This document shows positions 36,124-50,300 of a stretch of 64,000 nt of DNA, one piece after another (position 1 is the stretch's first letter; every line of letters begins with the position of its first letter). This DNA is from Geosiphon pyriformis uo1 (taxonomy: Eukaryota; Fungi; Glomeromycota): positions 514,459 through 578,458 of the forward strand of contig JAAOMT010000009.1 in NCBI GenBank assembly GCA_016748015.1. Direction: 5' to 3'. Both the position numbers and the translations under genes were made by a program. The notes below the pieces were generated by a model. It saw nothing but the letters and a program-made list of their open reading frames with translations, searched no databases and was not told the origin of the DNA.

Positions 36124-37887
36124 GGATGATGGTTGTGACTGTTATTGCAATTTAGTAATTAGTACAACTAGTGGTGAATTGATCATGATTACTGGAGGTA
36201 AGTTTTGAGAAACAATAAGAGCTGAATTTGAATTATTCAGATTTTGCTGAGTTGAAACAATTGGAGTTTGAATTTCCAGGTTTTCTAAAATTGGGTTTTG
36301 ATAATTAAATTTTTGATCTTTGTCTTCTTTTTTTTCTGAATCAGTTATTTTTCAAGGACTAGTGGCTCTGAAATCAGATTGAAGTAGTAATAATTAAAAT
36401 CCTAATGGTATTGGTGCTTGCAATTTAAATTTTTCAAAAAAATCATCATATGTTCCCAATAGATTGGTTTTTTCTTAGTTGCTTTGAAATGTTATTCTTG
36501 CTGCTGGTGTTTTTGCAATTGATGTAAAAACACCTGTTGATATTATGTTGATAGTACTTTCTGGTATATGATAATATGATAGATGAATGAGTAAAATTGC
36601 TCTGGATTTTTTCTATATAAGTGGTTGTATATTTTTTGGTATTCCTGCTGGTGTTTGTAATTTCTTTCTGCCTTTGTTTGTGTAAATAATAAGAAATCTT
36701 TGTTGGATGTAGTTTTTAATTTTTTAGTTGATTTTAGTAATAATAGATGCAAAGTTGTAATTTAATAATAAGCTGGTATATTGAATTAATTTATTGTAAA
36801 AATTTTTTCTTGCTGATTTAATATTTGTTGGTTTTCTTAGGAAGTATGTGATTCTATTGTTAACATAACAATTAAAAATTGATTCAGCTGGTTAATGATT
36901 GCTGGTTAATTCTAACTGTTGATGGTATTGTTGGAATAAGAATTTTACAAATTCCAAGTAATTTGCTCCTACTACTTCTAATTCTGCCACTGTTTCAGAT
37001 AGTTGTTGCTGATGCTAATTTTTTGTTGGATTATATCTCACAGGAAGCACCAAATGTTACAAGTGATTATTTAGAGTGTTGATACAAATAACAAACCTAT
37101 AACTTAATGCTTAATATGTGATATAATAAGTGATATCTAAAGATTTTTATATCTAAAGATTTTGGTTAAGTTTTTTGTATAATAAACAGAGATTCAATGA
37201 GGTTTTGTCAGTAGTCTTCTAGAATTATAATTTTGTCAAATTTTTTTCTTAGTATAGTGGCCAGTAATCTCTTGGTAAGCTATTCTCAATTTTTGAGTGT
37301 CTATCCTTTTTTTTGGATCTTTTATCAGTTACTTTGACATCAATAATTCTGCATATTTTAATCCTTTAATCAATTAGTAAACAACACAACAAAATAAAAA
37401 ATAAATAAATAAAATAAATAAATAAAAAGAAGAAATTAGTATTCTGTTAATAGTCATAATCAAGAGCTATTGTTTTAGTGTGATTAAGTGTTGGATTTTA
37501 TCAATATTTCATGTTAATAGAGTAAAAATAATTGATATTTTTAATCAAGTAATAATAACATGAATTTAAATAGTAATTGATAATTTATTAATATATGATA
37601 AGAATTTTGAACTGCTTTTAACTTTTTTTAACCAGAAACTCTAGCTGTGTATGCTAACTGTAAATTCTAGCTCTTTTTTTTTATTCTGCTTCTAATACTT
37701 TCACTATATATACATAATTGATGTTCTATGAGATCTCATACATTTATAAGCAATGTGCTATAATTTCTCAAGCAATGTGTTATAATTTACTAGCAAAGTG
37801 CTCATGTGTTTAATACTATTCTTTTATTGGTCTATTTTCCTATTTGTTTTTCCTACTATTTTTTTGTACTCTTTTTTATAAGTAATA

Positions 37888-39809
37888 ATGCTATTATTAT
37901 TACTAAAATATCTTAAAAATTCAGTTTTAAATATGTTGAAAGTTAGAAGTTTGTTTATTAAGCTTTAATATCATAAATTAGTAGTATTTTATAAAAAGTA
38001 TAAGATGACTTAAAAAGCTCAAGTGTCATCTTATTTATTGGTTGTGATGGCTTTTGCCACATTATTAAGTTATATTTATGTATCATCTTTTTTACCAGTA
38101 AATTTTTTAAGATTTGTAATTAGTACATAGGTCATTGGTGTGAATAATAATTGTTGTTGTAATTGCTATTGCAGTAGTTGTTGCTGAAATTGTTGTTGCT
38201 GAACAGCTATTGGTGCAACCAATAGATTGATTATAATTACTGAAAATAAGAGTTGTTAGAAAATATAAGCAGAATTTGGATTGTTCAAGTTTGACTGAAT
38301 TTGAACAATTGGAGTTTGCAATTCTGATTTATCTATGATTGGGTTCTGGTTATTAATTTTTTGATCATTGTCTTTCTTTTTTTCTGATTCTGTATTTGTT
38401 CAGTTACTGGTTAATTCAAAATTTGGTTAAAGTGGCAGTAATTGAAGTTCTGATAATATAGTTGTTTGTAATTTAAACTTTTCAAAGTAATTGCTATAGG
38501 TTTTTAATAGTTTGGCTTTTTTTTGTTTACTTTGAAATAATATTCTTACCAATAATGTTTTTATGATTGATGTGAATACAGCTGCTAATGTTATGTAAAT
38601 AATACTTCTTAAAATATGGTAATATAATGAGTTAATAGACAAAACAACTTTTGGTTTCTTTCAAGTAGATGGTTTTGTTTTCTTTAATGTTTTTGCTAAA
38701 GTTTGTAATTTTTCTTTTTCATTTTCAGCAAAAGTGATGAAAAATTTCTGTTGTGTATAGTTTTTAATTTTCTGGTTTATTTCTGTAATCAGTGGTACAA
38801 ACAAATAGTTTAGTAGATATGTAGTGCTTTAGAGTAATTTACTGTAGAAATTATTGAAAACAGCTTTTGGATCTCTTTGTTCTTCTAAGTAATATACAAT
38901 TCTTTTATTAACATAACAATTGAATACTGATTTTGTTGACCAATTATTGTTTGTTAGTCTGAGATGAATATGATAGTATTGGAATAAAGCTTTCACAAAT
39001 TCTAAGTAATTTGTTTCTATTATTTTTGATTTTGCTATTGTTCTAAATATTTGTTGTTGGCATTGGTTTTGTGTTAGATTATATCTTATAAAAAGCACCA
39101 AATATCACAAGTGATTATTTGGGTGTTGGAATAAATAACAAATTCTATAATGTGATACTTAATAGCTATTTAGTTAATGTCAATTTCTGAAAATTTTGGA
39201 GTTTAAAGATTTTGGTTGAGTCTTTTGTATAATAAATAGAGATTCAATAACTGTTTCAATATCCTTTTGAAAATTTATTCTGTGAATTTTTTTTAGTCTA
39301 ATGGCTGGTTTTTCTTGATAAGTTATTCTCAATTTTCGAGTTTTTACTCTTGTTTTTCAGATTTTTTACCAGTATTTTTTGATATCAATAACTCTATGTA
39401 TTAATCTCTTAATTAGTTAATAAACAACAAAGAAACAAAATAAAAGAAAATAAAGAAAATAAGAAAATAAAATAAAATTAATATTCTATTAATAGCTATA
39501 ATTAAGAGCTATTAGTCCAGTATAGTTAAGTGTTGAATTTTATTAACATGGAATGTTGATAGAATAAAAATAATTAATATTTCTTAATTAAATAATAATA
39601 ACATAAATTTAGATAATAATTAATATTTTATTAATATGTAATTTGATTTTACTTTAAGTTGTAGAAAACTGTTTTTTAAAGAGAAATATATTGGATAATT
39701 AATTAATTATTAGTATTGATTCTGAACTGAAATTCCTTTTTTATTATGCTTATTTCTAATTGGCTATTTTATATTCTTATTAAAAATTCTTAAATTTTTA
39801 TAAGTAATA
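37888..39809 (-). mobile_element. Gypsy-6 5' remnant (gag N-half, PBS, decayed 5' LTR 39103-39809)
   Basis: Gag FKTEFLRYFSNNNS paralogous to 35820-35860; PBS at 39091-39100; LTR similar to 37055-37887. Confidence 0.82.
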
Positions 39810-41261
39810 CAGTAAGTACTAGTTTACAATAATAATAAATACTAATTAGCAATAACAGTAAACATTAGATTAAAATATTAAAAAAAAGTATTATAATATG
39901 TTTTTTATAGAACTATAAATATATATATATATAGTAATTTTAATAATGAAAAAAACAATAATTTTATCTAACAGTTTAATTTTATCAAATTTTAATCTTC
40001 TATTTTAATTATTTATTAGTCTTTATTTTTAATAAATTTTTAAAAAAATTTTTATATTAAAAAAATTGAAAATAATATTGAAAATAAAATTATCATAATT
40101 CAAAATATCAAGAAATTTACTTGTATTATTTATTAAATAAAATTATATTTTATTAGTTAAATTTCTTAGAAGAATATTTTTTGATTAAGATTATTTATAT
40201 TGTTATTAATTAAAAGCTTTATTATAAAAATTAAGAAAAATACTAAAAACTATTAATATTTTATGTTTTTAAATTAGAGAAATATATTAAGTAATTGCAA
40301 AAATAATTTTAAAAAAAACTCCAAAATATTGAGTAAATTTCAGTTTAGCTTTTGAAAAAAAATATATAAATATATATATAATAATTAAAAATTAAAAAAT
40401 AACTTATATTATAATATTAAAAAAAAGTTTTTAATATAATATCAATATTATTATATAAATAAAAATAAAAAATTCATGAAAAACTAATTATAATTAAAAT
40501 AAAATATTAATATTTAATATATTAAAAAAACTATTAGTAAACAAAAAAATTCTTAGATAATAACATTTTTTCTCTTTTTTTATAATTATAATTAATGAAT
40601 CACTAATAAATAAGTTAGCAGCAGAATATATTTATTAATAAAAATAGTTATAGTTTTTTTATTATTAATAAAAATATTATTAATCTTAAAAAACTTATTA
40701 ATTAAGTTAAAAATATGTTGAATTATAACATAATTATTATTTATTCAGATAATATTATTTACAAATATACTAACAGTTAAATATAATATTAAACTAAATT
40801 AAAAATTAACATAATCTGCTTTTAATATATGTTTAATATTGATATAGTAATTAAAAAATTGTTTGTTTTTTTTCATTTTGCATAATAAAAAAGCATAAAA
40901 AATATATTAGAATTAAAAAAAATTTTACTTTAATTTAAATCAAGAATTTTATAGTTATTAATAAGCCCAAAATCTATTATAATACAATTCAAACAATCTG
41001 TGTAAATGTTCTCAAAAAATCCAATAAACTTTAAACATATCTTAATTTTTACTAAACTATTTCTTAAATATAATTAACATAATATTAAATTAATTTTAAT
41101 AACTAAACAAATTAATAAAAAAAAACTTCTTTTTCTCTTTCATCCAAAATTCCCAAAAAAGAGTCAAAAGTTTTTTCGAAAGAAGTTTTTTTACCATTCA
41201 GTACAATAAATCAAAACCGTTTTTTGATTACAAGGCCACTGTTGGCTCTGTTATTGCTGTT

Positions 41262-43058
41262 ATGAAGAAGACTATTAAAGTTTCTGGTTCTGAGAGTGGT
41301 TTCAAAGCGGTTGTATCAAGAAAAAAGAGGAAGGAAGGTGTATTGGCAGAGGGTATTGATAATAGAAAAGTTGCTGCTGAAGCTTCTGGTGCTTGTTTAT
41401 GGAGTTTTGAGACAAGTGACACTACTGAGTCTAAAAGTATTGACATGAAGGAAGAGTGCTTGGTTGAAGAAACCAGTATTGACTATGGTGAAGATGGTGT
41501 TTTCATGAAAGGGGATCTTAATTAAACACCAAAAGATTTATGTGTAAAGACCAAAAAAGTGCTAGAGAAGCCTCTAGGTGTAATTGATTATGGTACTGTC
41601 AATACAGATGATGACATGTTAGATAATTTCTCTTTTCTCCCACTCCCTCTACCTATCAAACCAACCATTCAAGTGCCTATTTGCAAATCTTTTGCTTTAG
41701 ATATTGATCTTGTGACCATTGCTGGGAAGTCTTCTCAGAAAAAATTGAGTTTTATCAGAAAAATTTTTTTAAGTGTGAATGATTTTGGGGGGGCTTCTAC
41801 TCCTTCAAAATTTGGTGGAATTATTCGTGCGACTTTCACTTTGGAAAAGACAATGATGGCTGCTGGGAAATTGGCAAATAATCATGGTGTTATGATAAAC
41901 ACTGATCTCAAGCATTCTTTGAACAACTGTACGGATCGGGCAATTGTGATGAAAGAAATTCCTGTAAGAACTTCCGTGGAAGCTGTGCATACTGCCATGT
42001 CCAAATTTGGATTGATTAAGTCAATCAAGATGCAACTTGTGGGTCTGTGGCAAAAAGCGATTGTTAAATTAGAAGATCAGAATCAGGCTGATCTCTTGGC
42101 ATCCAAATGGTCTATCCTTATTGGAAAGGATGCAGTACGTGTGGCCAGGGCTGATGTTGACAAACAGATGTGAGATTCCAGAGACGAATTCAGGGCACTG
42201 TTATACACTTTTTCTGTAGGAACAAATGCTCATGACCTTTGGAATTTTGTTGGTTTGGTTGGTGGGAAAACATGTGTTATTGATTGTAATCCTGTTAGCT
42301 ACACCCATGCTTGTTGTGCTACTGTTTGCTTTGGGTCTGAATTTGATCTGGTTAGTGCAATGGCTGCAATTCCAGTTATAAAGGGAATTGGCCTTTACTG
42401 GTCCTGCCTCTCTTTGGCTCTATGCTTGGTCTGCAGTCTTTCTGGTCATACATCTCTCAATTGTGTTTCGGTTAAAGTTGGTTCAACTCTGAAGGGCAGA
42501 AAGACACCTCTTTCTGCTCAGGATCAGATCAGATTGGTGGCTATCTATGCTTGGAAATCCGCACCTATTTTTCATCCATTGGCCTTCAGTGGTAAGACTT
42601 GGGCATTAGTTGTTGGTGCTCCTTTAGTGCGCAATTCTCATGGTACTAGTTCATTTCTTGGTTCTGACAATGTTGATAAACTTTTCCCTTCTGCTACAGA
42701 TGATTTGGAAAAATGTTTGGTTCGCATTGAAAGCAGTCTTGTCAGTCTTGTGGGACAAATTGGTGAGTTGGCTAAGAGGTTGGAATCATTCGTGCCAGCA
42801 GTTTTTCAGCCTAGCCCTGAATGTCAGCTGCCAGTGACCCCTCCATCACAGAATCAAGAAGAGGATATAGTGATGGGAGTGGATTTGGGTGATGCCACTA
42901 GTGACAAGACTGCTGCCATTCTGGGTTCACCTGCCTTACCTGAGGTTGTAAAATTGGAAAACATGTTGGAAGGTCTATCTGCTTTGGTCATGATCCTTTC
43001 AGCACACTTGGATGGTTTGGCTTTGGCAGGTGGTGCTTTTCCTCTACCTCTTTCTTAA
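41262..43058 (+). pseudogene. LINE ORF1 (gag-like; RRM-like region, CX2CX4HX4C knuckle, coiled coil)
   Basis: One frame broken by in-frame stops (TAA 41523, TGA 42171); CLVCSLSGHTSLNC; heptad stretch LEKCLVRIESSLVSLVGQIGEL. Confidence 0.85.
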
Positions 43059-46000
43059 TGAATGATCTGGTATAGAAAATTGCTATGTGTAATGTTCGTG
43101 GGTTGAACAATCCTGTGAAGCAAAATGATGTCATCTATTAGCACAAGGATATGAACAATTTGGTTTCTATTTTTATGGAGTCAAAACTTAAAGAGAAAAT
43201 TTGCCCATAGTTGGCTGACAAATTTGATAGTGTTCAGGTTTTTACTTCTGGTCTGGATTTTGGTTCTTTGGGTGTTGAAGTGTTAATCATCATGAATTTT
43301 TCTTTGGCAAAACATGTCTGCAAGGTTTCTGAGGTGCCTGGTTGGCTCCTATCCATCAAGTTTCTTTTCAAAAATAAACTTTCAGTGTCTATTTTGGGGC
43401 TCTATGCTGGTGTTTCATCAGTGGTTTGGTTTTCTCAGGCTGGTGAGGTCAACTCTTTCATTGCTAAAGCCATTAATAAGTCTTTTTTTGTTATTTTTGG
43501 TGGTGATTTTAATGAGAATGATTCACACAAATGTGCCAGTTTCAAAAAGTGTTTTAATTTGGGTTTGATTAACTCTCTGGGGGGGAGCTCTTTTGTGAAG
43601 TCACCTACTTGGTACAATTTTCATGGTATCACTAAGACAATTAACTACATGTTCATTTCTTCTAATTTGGTTGGTGTGGTGGTGGATCATGGTGTGAATG
43701 GCATTGAGAACTATTTTGATACTAATCACAATGCTGTTTATGTTTTTGTGAGTCTGGGTGGTCTGTTCGATGTTCAGTTAAACTTATTGTACAAACAAGC
43801 TAATAGAGATTGTTAGAAGTATGATATCAAAAATGCTAGTGAGATTAAGTAGTTAGAATTCAGGAATGCTACCGCTGCTAATGCTGTTATGTTCTCGGAT
43901 GAGTTTGTTGCAGCTAAGCAGTTTTCTGATCTGGATGCAATATGGGACATTGTTCATAAGATTATGGTTTTTTCAGCTGGTGGAATGTTCAAGAAAAAAT
44001 GGTTTAAGAGTTTCAATTGTGTTTTTAATAAAGTATCTTTCCAGTTTCATAAACTGGAGCTACTTGTGTCTAAACTGGTGAAGGCTTCTTGGTTGGTTTC
44101 TGACAGGGATTTTGCCTTGTTGTTGAATACTTGGAACAGGCTTGATTCTGTGGGCACTTTGTCAGTAAAATCTCTGTTTCTTTCTGGTGCTGGTTTTGAT
44201 GCGATCCGTTCTGGGCTGGCTAAGGTGAGGAAGTCTTACCGCTCTTCTAAGTTATTGGAATCTAAGTATGCTGAAGAATCTCATATAAGACAGGCTATTG
44301 AGAGGAGGATGGAAAGTTTTGAGGTGGATAAGGGTCACACCATTAGAAGTGTTTTGGAGCATCCTTTTTGTAAAGTGGTGTTGGATCATTTGGTGGATGG
44401 TGGGGAGTTGGTCTTGGAGCCTGATTTGGTTAAATCTAAAGTGAATGGAATCATGGAGGGTTGGACTAGAAAATGTGTGGTGGCTTCTGATATCTCTGGT
44501 GATTGGGCAAGGCAATTTCGGCTTTTGGATCATATCTTCAATAGTGCCTTCTCTGATGTAATGCATTTAATTGGTTTTGATGAAATGTTTAGTGTTATTT
44601 CAAATTTGCCCGATGGGAAAGTGGCTGGTCTTTCTGGTATCACTAATAAACTTTGAAAACACTGTAACAAGTTGGTCTTAGATATGCTTTTGGTGTTCTT
44701 AAATTTTTGTTTGAGTTGTGAGTCAGTGCCTGGACCTTGGAGGGAGACCTGGGTCTTAATGATTCCTAAATCTTATAAGTGGAAGAGGGTTTTTATAAAT
44801 ACCTGCCCTATTGTTTTGATTGAGACAGCTTGTAAAGTCCTTTCCAAGATTCTTTCAGATCAGATCTCTCTGGCTTGTAGCACTTTTGATGTCCTCCGTG
44901 GGGACAATTTCTCTGTCCTGAAAGGTATGTCTACTCATTCGCCTATCTTTGCTATTGGTTCAGTGATTGAAGATGTTTTGGAAAAGAACCAAGAGTTGTG
45001 GCTGGTTTTACAGAATATGTGCAAAGCTTATGATTCTGTTGGTTGGAAGCATCTCAAGAGGAGTTTGATCAGAGTCAAAATGTGTGACAAATTTATCAGA
45101 TTTTTTGGTAGCATTCATAATGGTCACACTAACAAAGTAATGACAGATTTTGGTTTGACTGATAAATATCATGTTCACAATGGATTGGATCAAGAGGAGG
45201 TTTTTTCACCACTTTTCTTATGTATATTTTATGATTCACTTTTGTGTGAAGTTAAGAGACAGGAGAGCATTTGTGGTTACAGGTTGATTTTTCATTTCAT
45301 TTTTAAGACTGGCTGGGTGGAATCTTAAGCTAGGCTGATGTCATTTCTGGCCACTGGTGCTTTTGTTGATAATACTATCTGGGTCGGTAGCAGCCAGGCT
45401 GCTACACAACACATCCTCAATATTGCTAGTGATTTTTTTCATTTAAATGACATTTTGATAAACAATGACAAGACTGTGGCCATTCCTATCAACTGTCAGG
45501 TTACTGCTCCTTACCTAACTATTAGTAATATGCCAATTTTCATAGTTAAAAAAGGTGAACCTCATTGTTATCTAGGGATTTTTTTATTTTCTGAAGGTCT
45601 TTCGAAGCCTAGCTTGGTTAAGGCACATTCAGATGTTCGGTTTTTTGTCAATCTCATTCTGAGAAAAGTTATTTCAGATAAACAGTTTGCATATTTGGTA
45701 TCTACAGTTCTCTTTCCTATTGTCAGCTACAGAACTCAGTTCAGTTTTATTCCTCTCAGTGTGTGTAATAAATGGGATACTTTGATTCACAAGGGCCTGA
45801 AGTCCAAATCTGGGCTGCCTCTGAACTTTCCCAATGATGCGCTTTATTATCTTTCCTTGTACAATTTAAAAACTTTTGAGCAGATTCAGACTGAGAGCAA
45901 ATCAGCTTCTGTCATTGCTTTTGCAAATTCAGTTGGTGTTTTGGGTTATTTGTTTTCTCATAGGTCTCACGATCTCCAAGTTCTCAGCTGGCATCCTCGT

Positions 46001-47746
46001 CACCCTTTGTTGTTTCCTGTTTGTATTAGAATCAGCCCTTCAAACAACTTTTTGGCAGATGTGGTTCATATTTTTTTCGTGTGTGATTTGTCTTTGGGTG
46101 GCTCTTTGGCCAGTGTTTTTTGTTTTTGGAGCGGTACTCCTATGTTTCTAGTTTTTGGTGAGACAATTTTCTTCAAATGTGTTTTTTTCCTCAGGCATTA
46201 TGGTATAGCTTTCATAGAACAGCTTTGTGATCAGAATGGCATTGTTTTTGATTGGAAAACTTTCAAGCATTGGAAAAAACTGGACTTTCATGGCCTGGTC
46301 CCCTTCTGGTTTGATTTCTCTGTACGTTTTCTTGGTGGTGTGGCTTCTCTTTCTGGTTATTCTCCTCATGAGGGTGTTTGTGGCTCTTCTGACATCCATC
46401 AGTCTCCTGGTTTTGGTGTTATTTGTAATGATCTGTTGAATGTTGGTGCCGCCCGTCTTTCTGTGTACACAGATGGGTCTCTGAGTAACTTGGGCACTGT
46501 TGACATGTTGGCTGGTGCTGCAGTTTTTTTTGAGGACATTAATTCGGGTCTGGATGTAAGGGTTTCTGGTTTGGTTTCTTCTACTTTAGTGGAATTGCAG
46601 GCCATTGCTTTAGCTCTTGAGTGTGTTCTTTCTTTTTATTCAGTTGACTTGTTCTCAGACAGCCAGGCAGCTTTAGATGCTTGCAGGTCGGAGTCTTTAT
46701 TGGTTGGCCCTAATTTCAGGAATCGTTGTTGGATTGAGCATCATCACATCACCAATGTTATTCATCGCAAAAATTTGGATGTTAATTGAATTAAGGTTAA
46801 AGGCCATTTGGGTGTTTCAGACAACAAGCAAACTGATGTGCTTGCTAAGAATGCTGCCCTTTCTGCCTGGCACCTGCTTCACTTGGTTAGTGAGAGATTT
46901 TTAAAGGCTGGTGTTGATGTGGTTTTTGGTAATTTAAGGCATTTTGTTCGTGATGTATTCAGGTCTATCAATTGCATGCATTGGAAGGTTGGTTCTGGTT
47001 CTCAGGTTGTTCTAAGTTGTCTGCGTGCTGATATTGACTGGTTGAGATCTTTTCTGGTATGGCACCCAGATTCTCATATGGCGACTTGTTTTACTAGTAT
47101 TTGGATGACTGGTTTTCGTACATATTTTATGAAAGCCCTTTATTATCACCTTCTTGTTGCTGTGCAAAAGCATCTGTATGATAGGGGTTATCCCAGTGTA
47201 GTTTGTTTGTTCTGTGGTGAGGTTGAAGTCTTAGACCATGTCTTTTCTTGCTCTTCTGACATTGATAGTCACGCCGGTTTGTTGGACACTTATGCAGCTG
47301 CCTGGAAGGTGCGTTTTGGTCTGTCTCATTTTTCTTCATGCATATTGCAGTTGTTGTCGACTTGCATTTCAGATGTGACTGTCAGTACAGCCCTGTGTAA
47401 GAGCTTTGTTTTCGACGATTGATATCGCAAGTCTGTTTCTGTTTACAAGGATCCTAAGGTGGCAATGGTCAATGTTGTAAATTTTGTGTGTGAGTTTTGT
47501 CTTGCATTTCGTGATAATATCTGGCTGGTCTGTATGAAACACCAAACCATTATGGAGAAGAATAAGCTGATTCCACGTGATGGTTCCATTTCTGTCGCTG
47601 TTTCTGGTTTTTCTACGTGGCTTTCAGTTGGGATGATTAGGTTGTTGGATGTTGCTGATGCACTTGGCATCAGTTTTGGGTATTGTAAATATTGTTTGTT
47701 TTATGCAGGTATTGATAATCTGGCTTCTGTTCATATAAGTGCATAG
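43058..47746 (+). pseudogene. LINE ORF2 (APE-RT-RNase H-CCHC), ~1560 codons with stops
   Basis: MCNVRGLN, GGDFN, TINYMF, TNH (APE); KAYDSV, AFVDNT (RT); VYTDGS, DSQAA, KVKGH (RNase H); CLFCG..HVFSC. Confidence 0.93.
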
Positions 47747-47899
47747 TGTTGTTCTGACCAGTCTGAGTGTTTGGTCATGTGTAGCAAAGGCATGATTCAC
47801 GTCTAGTTTAGATTATTTGTATGATATATAGCACTAGGTGGCATTTGGACTTCACTCGTTAAACTTTAATAAAAAAATAATAATTAACCAATAGAATTA

Positions 47900-50300
47900 T
47901 AAGTTTTATGTATATTTTACAAAACTAACCAAAATTCATAATTTTTTTTTAATATATTTTTTATAATTAAACTGATCATAAAAATTGGTAAAAAAGATAA
48001 TATATTCTTTTAAACTAAAAAATTATTATTATAAAAAACATCTAATTAACTATAGATATTAAAAATACAATTTGAAAACAATTTTAACAAAATTTTTCAT
48101 GTAATTTCAATTAAAACTATAAAATAAATATTTAATAAAGTTTTTTTTTAATTATAAAGTTTAAAAATTATTAAAAATACCAAAAAATCCAGTTATTTTA
48201 TTAATTAAAAGTAATTTTACTGCCAAAAAAAGCTTATTTATTAAAAACTTATTTATCATACTTAAAAAACATTATTATTTACAAAATTTAATAGAGTATA
48301 TTATTGTTGTTATAATTAAAAATTTTTATTGAAAACAACTTAATTTTTAGTTTATCTTAATATAATAGAGTTCATAAAAAACTTAATCTTAAAAAAAATT
48401 AAAACAAATTTATTATTAATAACTAAATAATTCAAAACTATTTTATAAAAGAACCATTTTAAAATATTATATATTATATTATTCTTGTTATTCACAAAAA
48501 TTTTTATATATTTATTTATTATAAAATTAAGATTTGAATTAATCTAAACAAAATTCCAAATTAATTCAGTTATATTAAAATTTAAAATCAATTACTTTTG
48601 TATAAATCTGACAAAATTTATATTTTTAAATTAAAATAAATACTTAAACAATTTGAAATTAAAATTTTTAATTCTAAAAAGCAAGATAAATAAACATTTT
48701 TTGTATAAAAGACTTTATTAATTCAAATTTTAAAAATACTTGGTCTATACCAAAACACAAAACATTTTTGAACTATCTTATATTGTATTTAGATTAATTT
48801 ATTAAATTCATTTTTTTAAAACAAATTAATATTTTAATTAATTTTTACCAAGAAGTTTTTTTAAATTGAACTTACTTAATATTATTAATATTCTTTAAAT
48901 TATATTTTTAATGATTTTTATTGTTTGTTTTCTCAAATTATAATATTTAATATTCAAAAAATTTCTTAATCTGAATAAAACATTAATAGTTTGATAATTT
49001 GTAAAAAAATATTTTTACATATTTAACATATTATAAATAATTATTCTATTAATTAATAAAAAAAAAACTAAAATAAAATTAATAATTTTTTTGCTTTTAT
49101 AAAGTTTATTTACATATAAGTTTTAACAAAAAAACTATATACAAATAAGTTAATTAAATCTAGATCTATATATTTTTTATAGCTAATATTGTATTTTGTA
49201 CTATTCTTATATAAGTGTTTTTATTAACTGTTTTAGCAATAAATAAATTAATTTTTAGTATTTGATTCAATTTTTTTTTCAGAGATGTATTAGTGTATAA
49301 ATCCAATACAAAAACTAACTATTTGTTTTTAAACAATAAACAAATTATTAAAAATCTGTTAAAAATCTTTGAAATTTTAAAACATGTTTAGTTAATTGTT
49401 TATTTACAACTAAAACAATACCAGTATTCAAAAATCCAAAATTTAAATCAGAAGTAAATATTTTTACACTAACAAATTTATCTGCAATTTATAATTTAAT
49501 ATTAGAATAAAACTTAATTTAAGTAATAATTAAAATATTATTTTTTAATTTCTTATGCTACTTTACAATATTATTCTGTTTGGCAGAAATATTTATTTTT
49601 TTAATATTATGTATAGTTATTTTCCAAATTAAACTACTTATTAAAGATAAAAAAAAGTTATTATATTATTATTTCAATTAAAAAATTTTAGCTTATTTAA
49701 AATAAATTTTATTAAATTCTTTAAGACCATCATATTTGTTTTTAAACTATTAATTTTGGTAATTAAAATCTTAAATCTACTAAAAAAAATTCTGAAATAT
49801 GTTAATAGCACCAGATAAAACAAAAAAATCAAACAATAATATATTAATAGCCATATCTAAATTCAAATCAACAGCAATTATAATCATTTTTTTAATATAT
49901 ATTAATAATAACAAAAAAAAAACCATCTAATTTGCAAAAAATCTTAATAATATAATCAATCAGAAGTTCTAAAAAGCATTTTAAAATATCTATATAAAAA
50001 ACCAAAACCAAAACCAAAAAATTATTATTAAAAGTGTTAAACAAAAATTTTATCAAAAAAATACCAGTAAACAATATAAATAAAAACTTTCTTAAAGCAT
50101 TATTTATTACAAAAACCCAAAAAGTATTACCAAAAAAAATTAATTAAAATATAAAAACCTGTTTTTTTGTATAAATACTAGTAAGATATTTTTTATTAGA
50201 CTCAAAAAAAAAATTTTTTTAAAATTTTAATTAAATAACTTTAAATTAGATTCACAAATATTAGAAATATAACTATATTTTTTATATTTAGTGTACTTTA
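47900..50300 (-). mobile_element. Hyper-decayed ghost LINE
   Basis: Minus strand translates to LIWKITIHNIKK..KQNNIVK*HK and VKIFTSDLNFGFLNTGIVLVVNKQLTKHV, aligning with the ORF2 APE N-terminus; boundaries approximate. Confidence 0.75.

Larger units (their letters stand above)
26168..37887 (-). mobile_element. Gypsy-4 (3' LTR 26168-27050; ORF3, IN, RH, RT, dUTPase ~30990-31420, Cys-rich domain, PR 32654-33046, gag; 5' LTR 37055-37887), probably chimeric
   Basis: All pol motifs on the minus strand; PPT next to 27051; PBS TGGTGCTTCCTG; LTRs noticeably diverged and flanks differ (CCAT vs ATGC). Confidence 0.87.
41128..47880 (+). mobile_element. Full-length LINE copy C (~6.7 kb), the best preserved LINE in the window but inactivated
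   Basis: ORF1, ORF2, 3' UTR and A-rich tail; 5' boundary approximate. Confidence 0.93.

Noticed and set aside
1-47746. Alternative genetic code or stop-codon readthrough explaining in-frame stops at Trp/Gln positions
   Set aside because: Stops differ between copies, coexist with frameshifts and are absent from POL2, which fits C-to-T mutation
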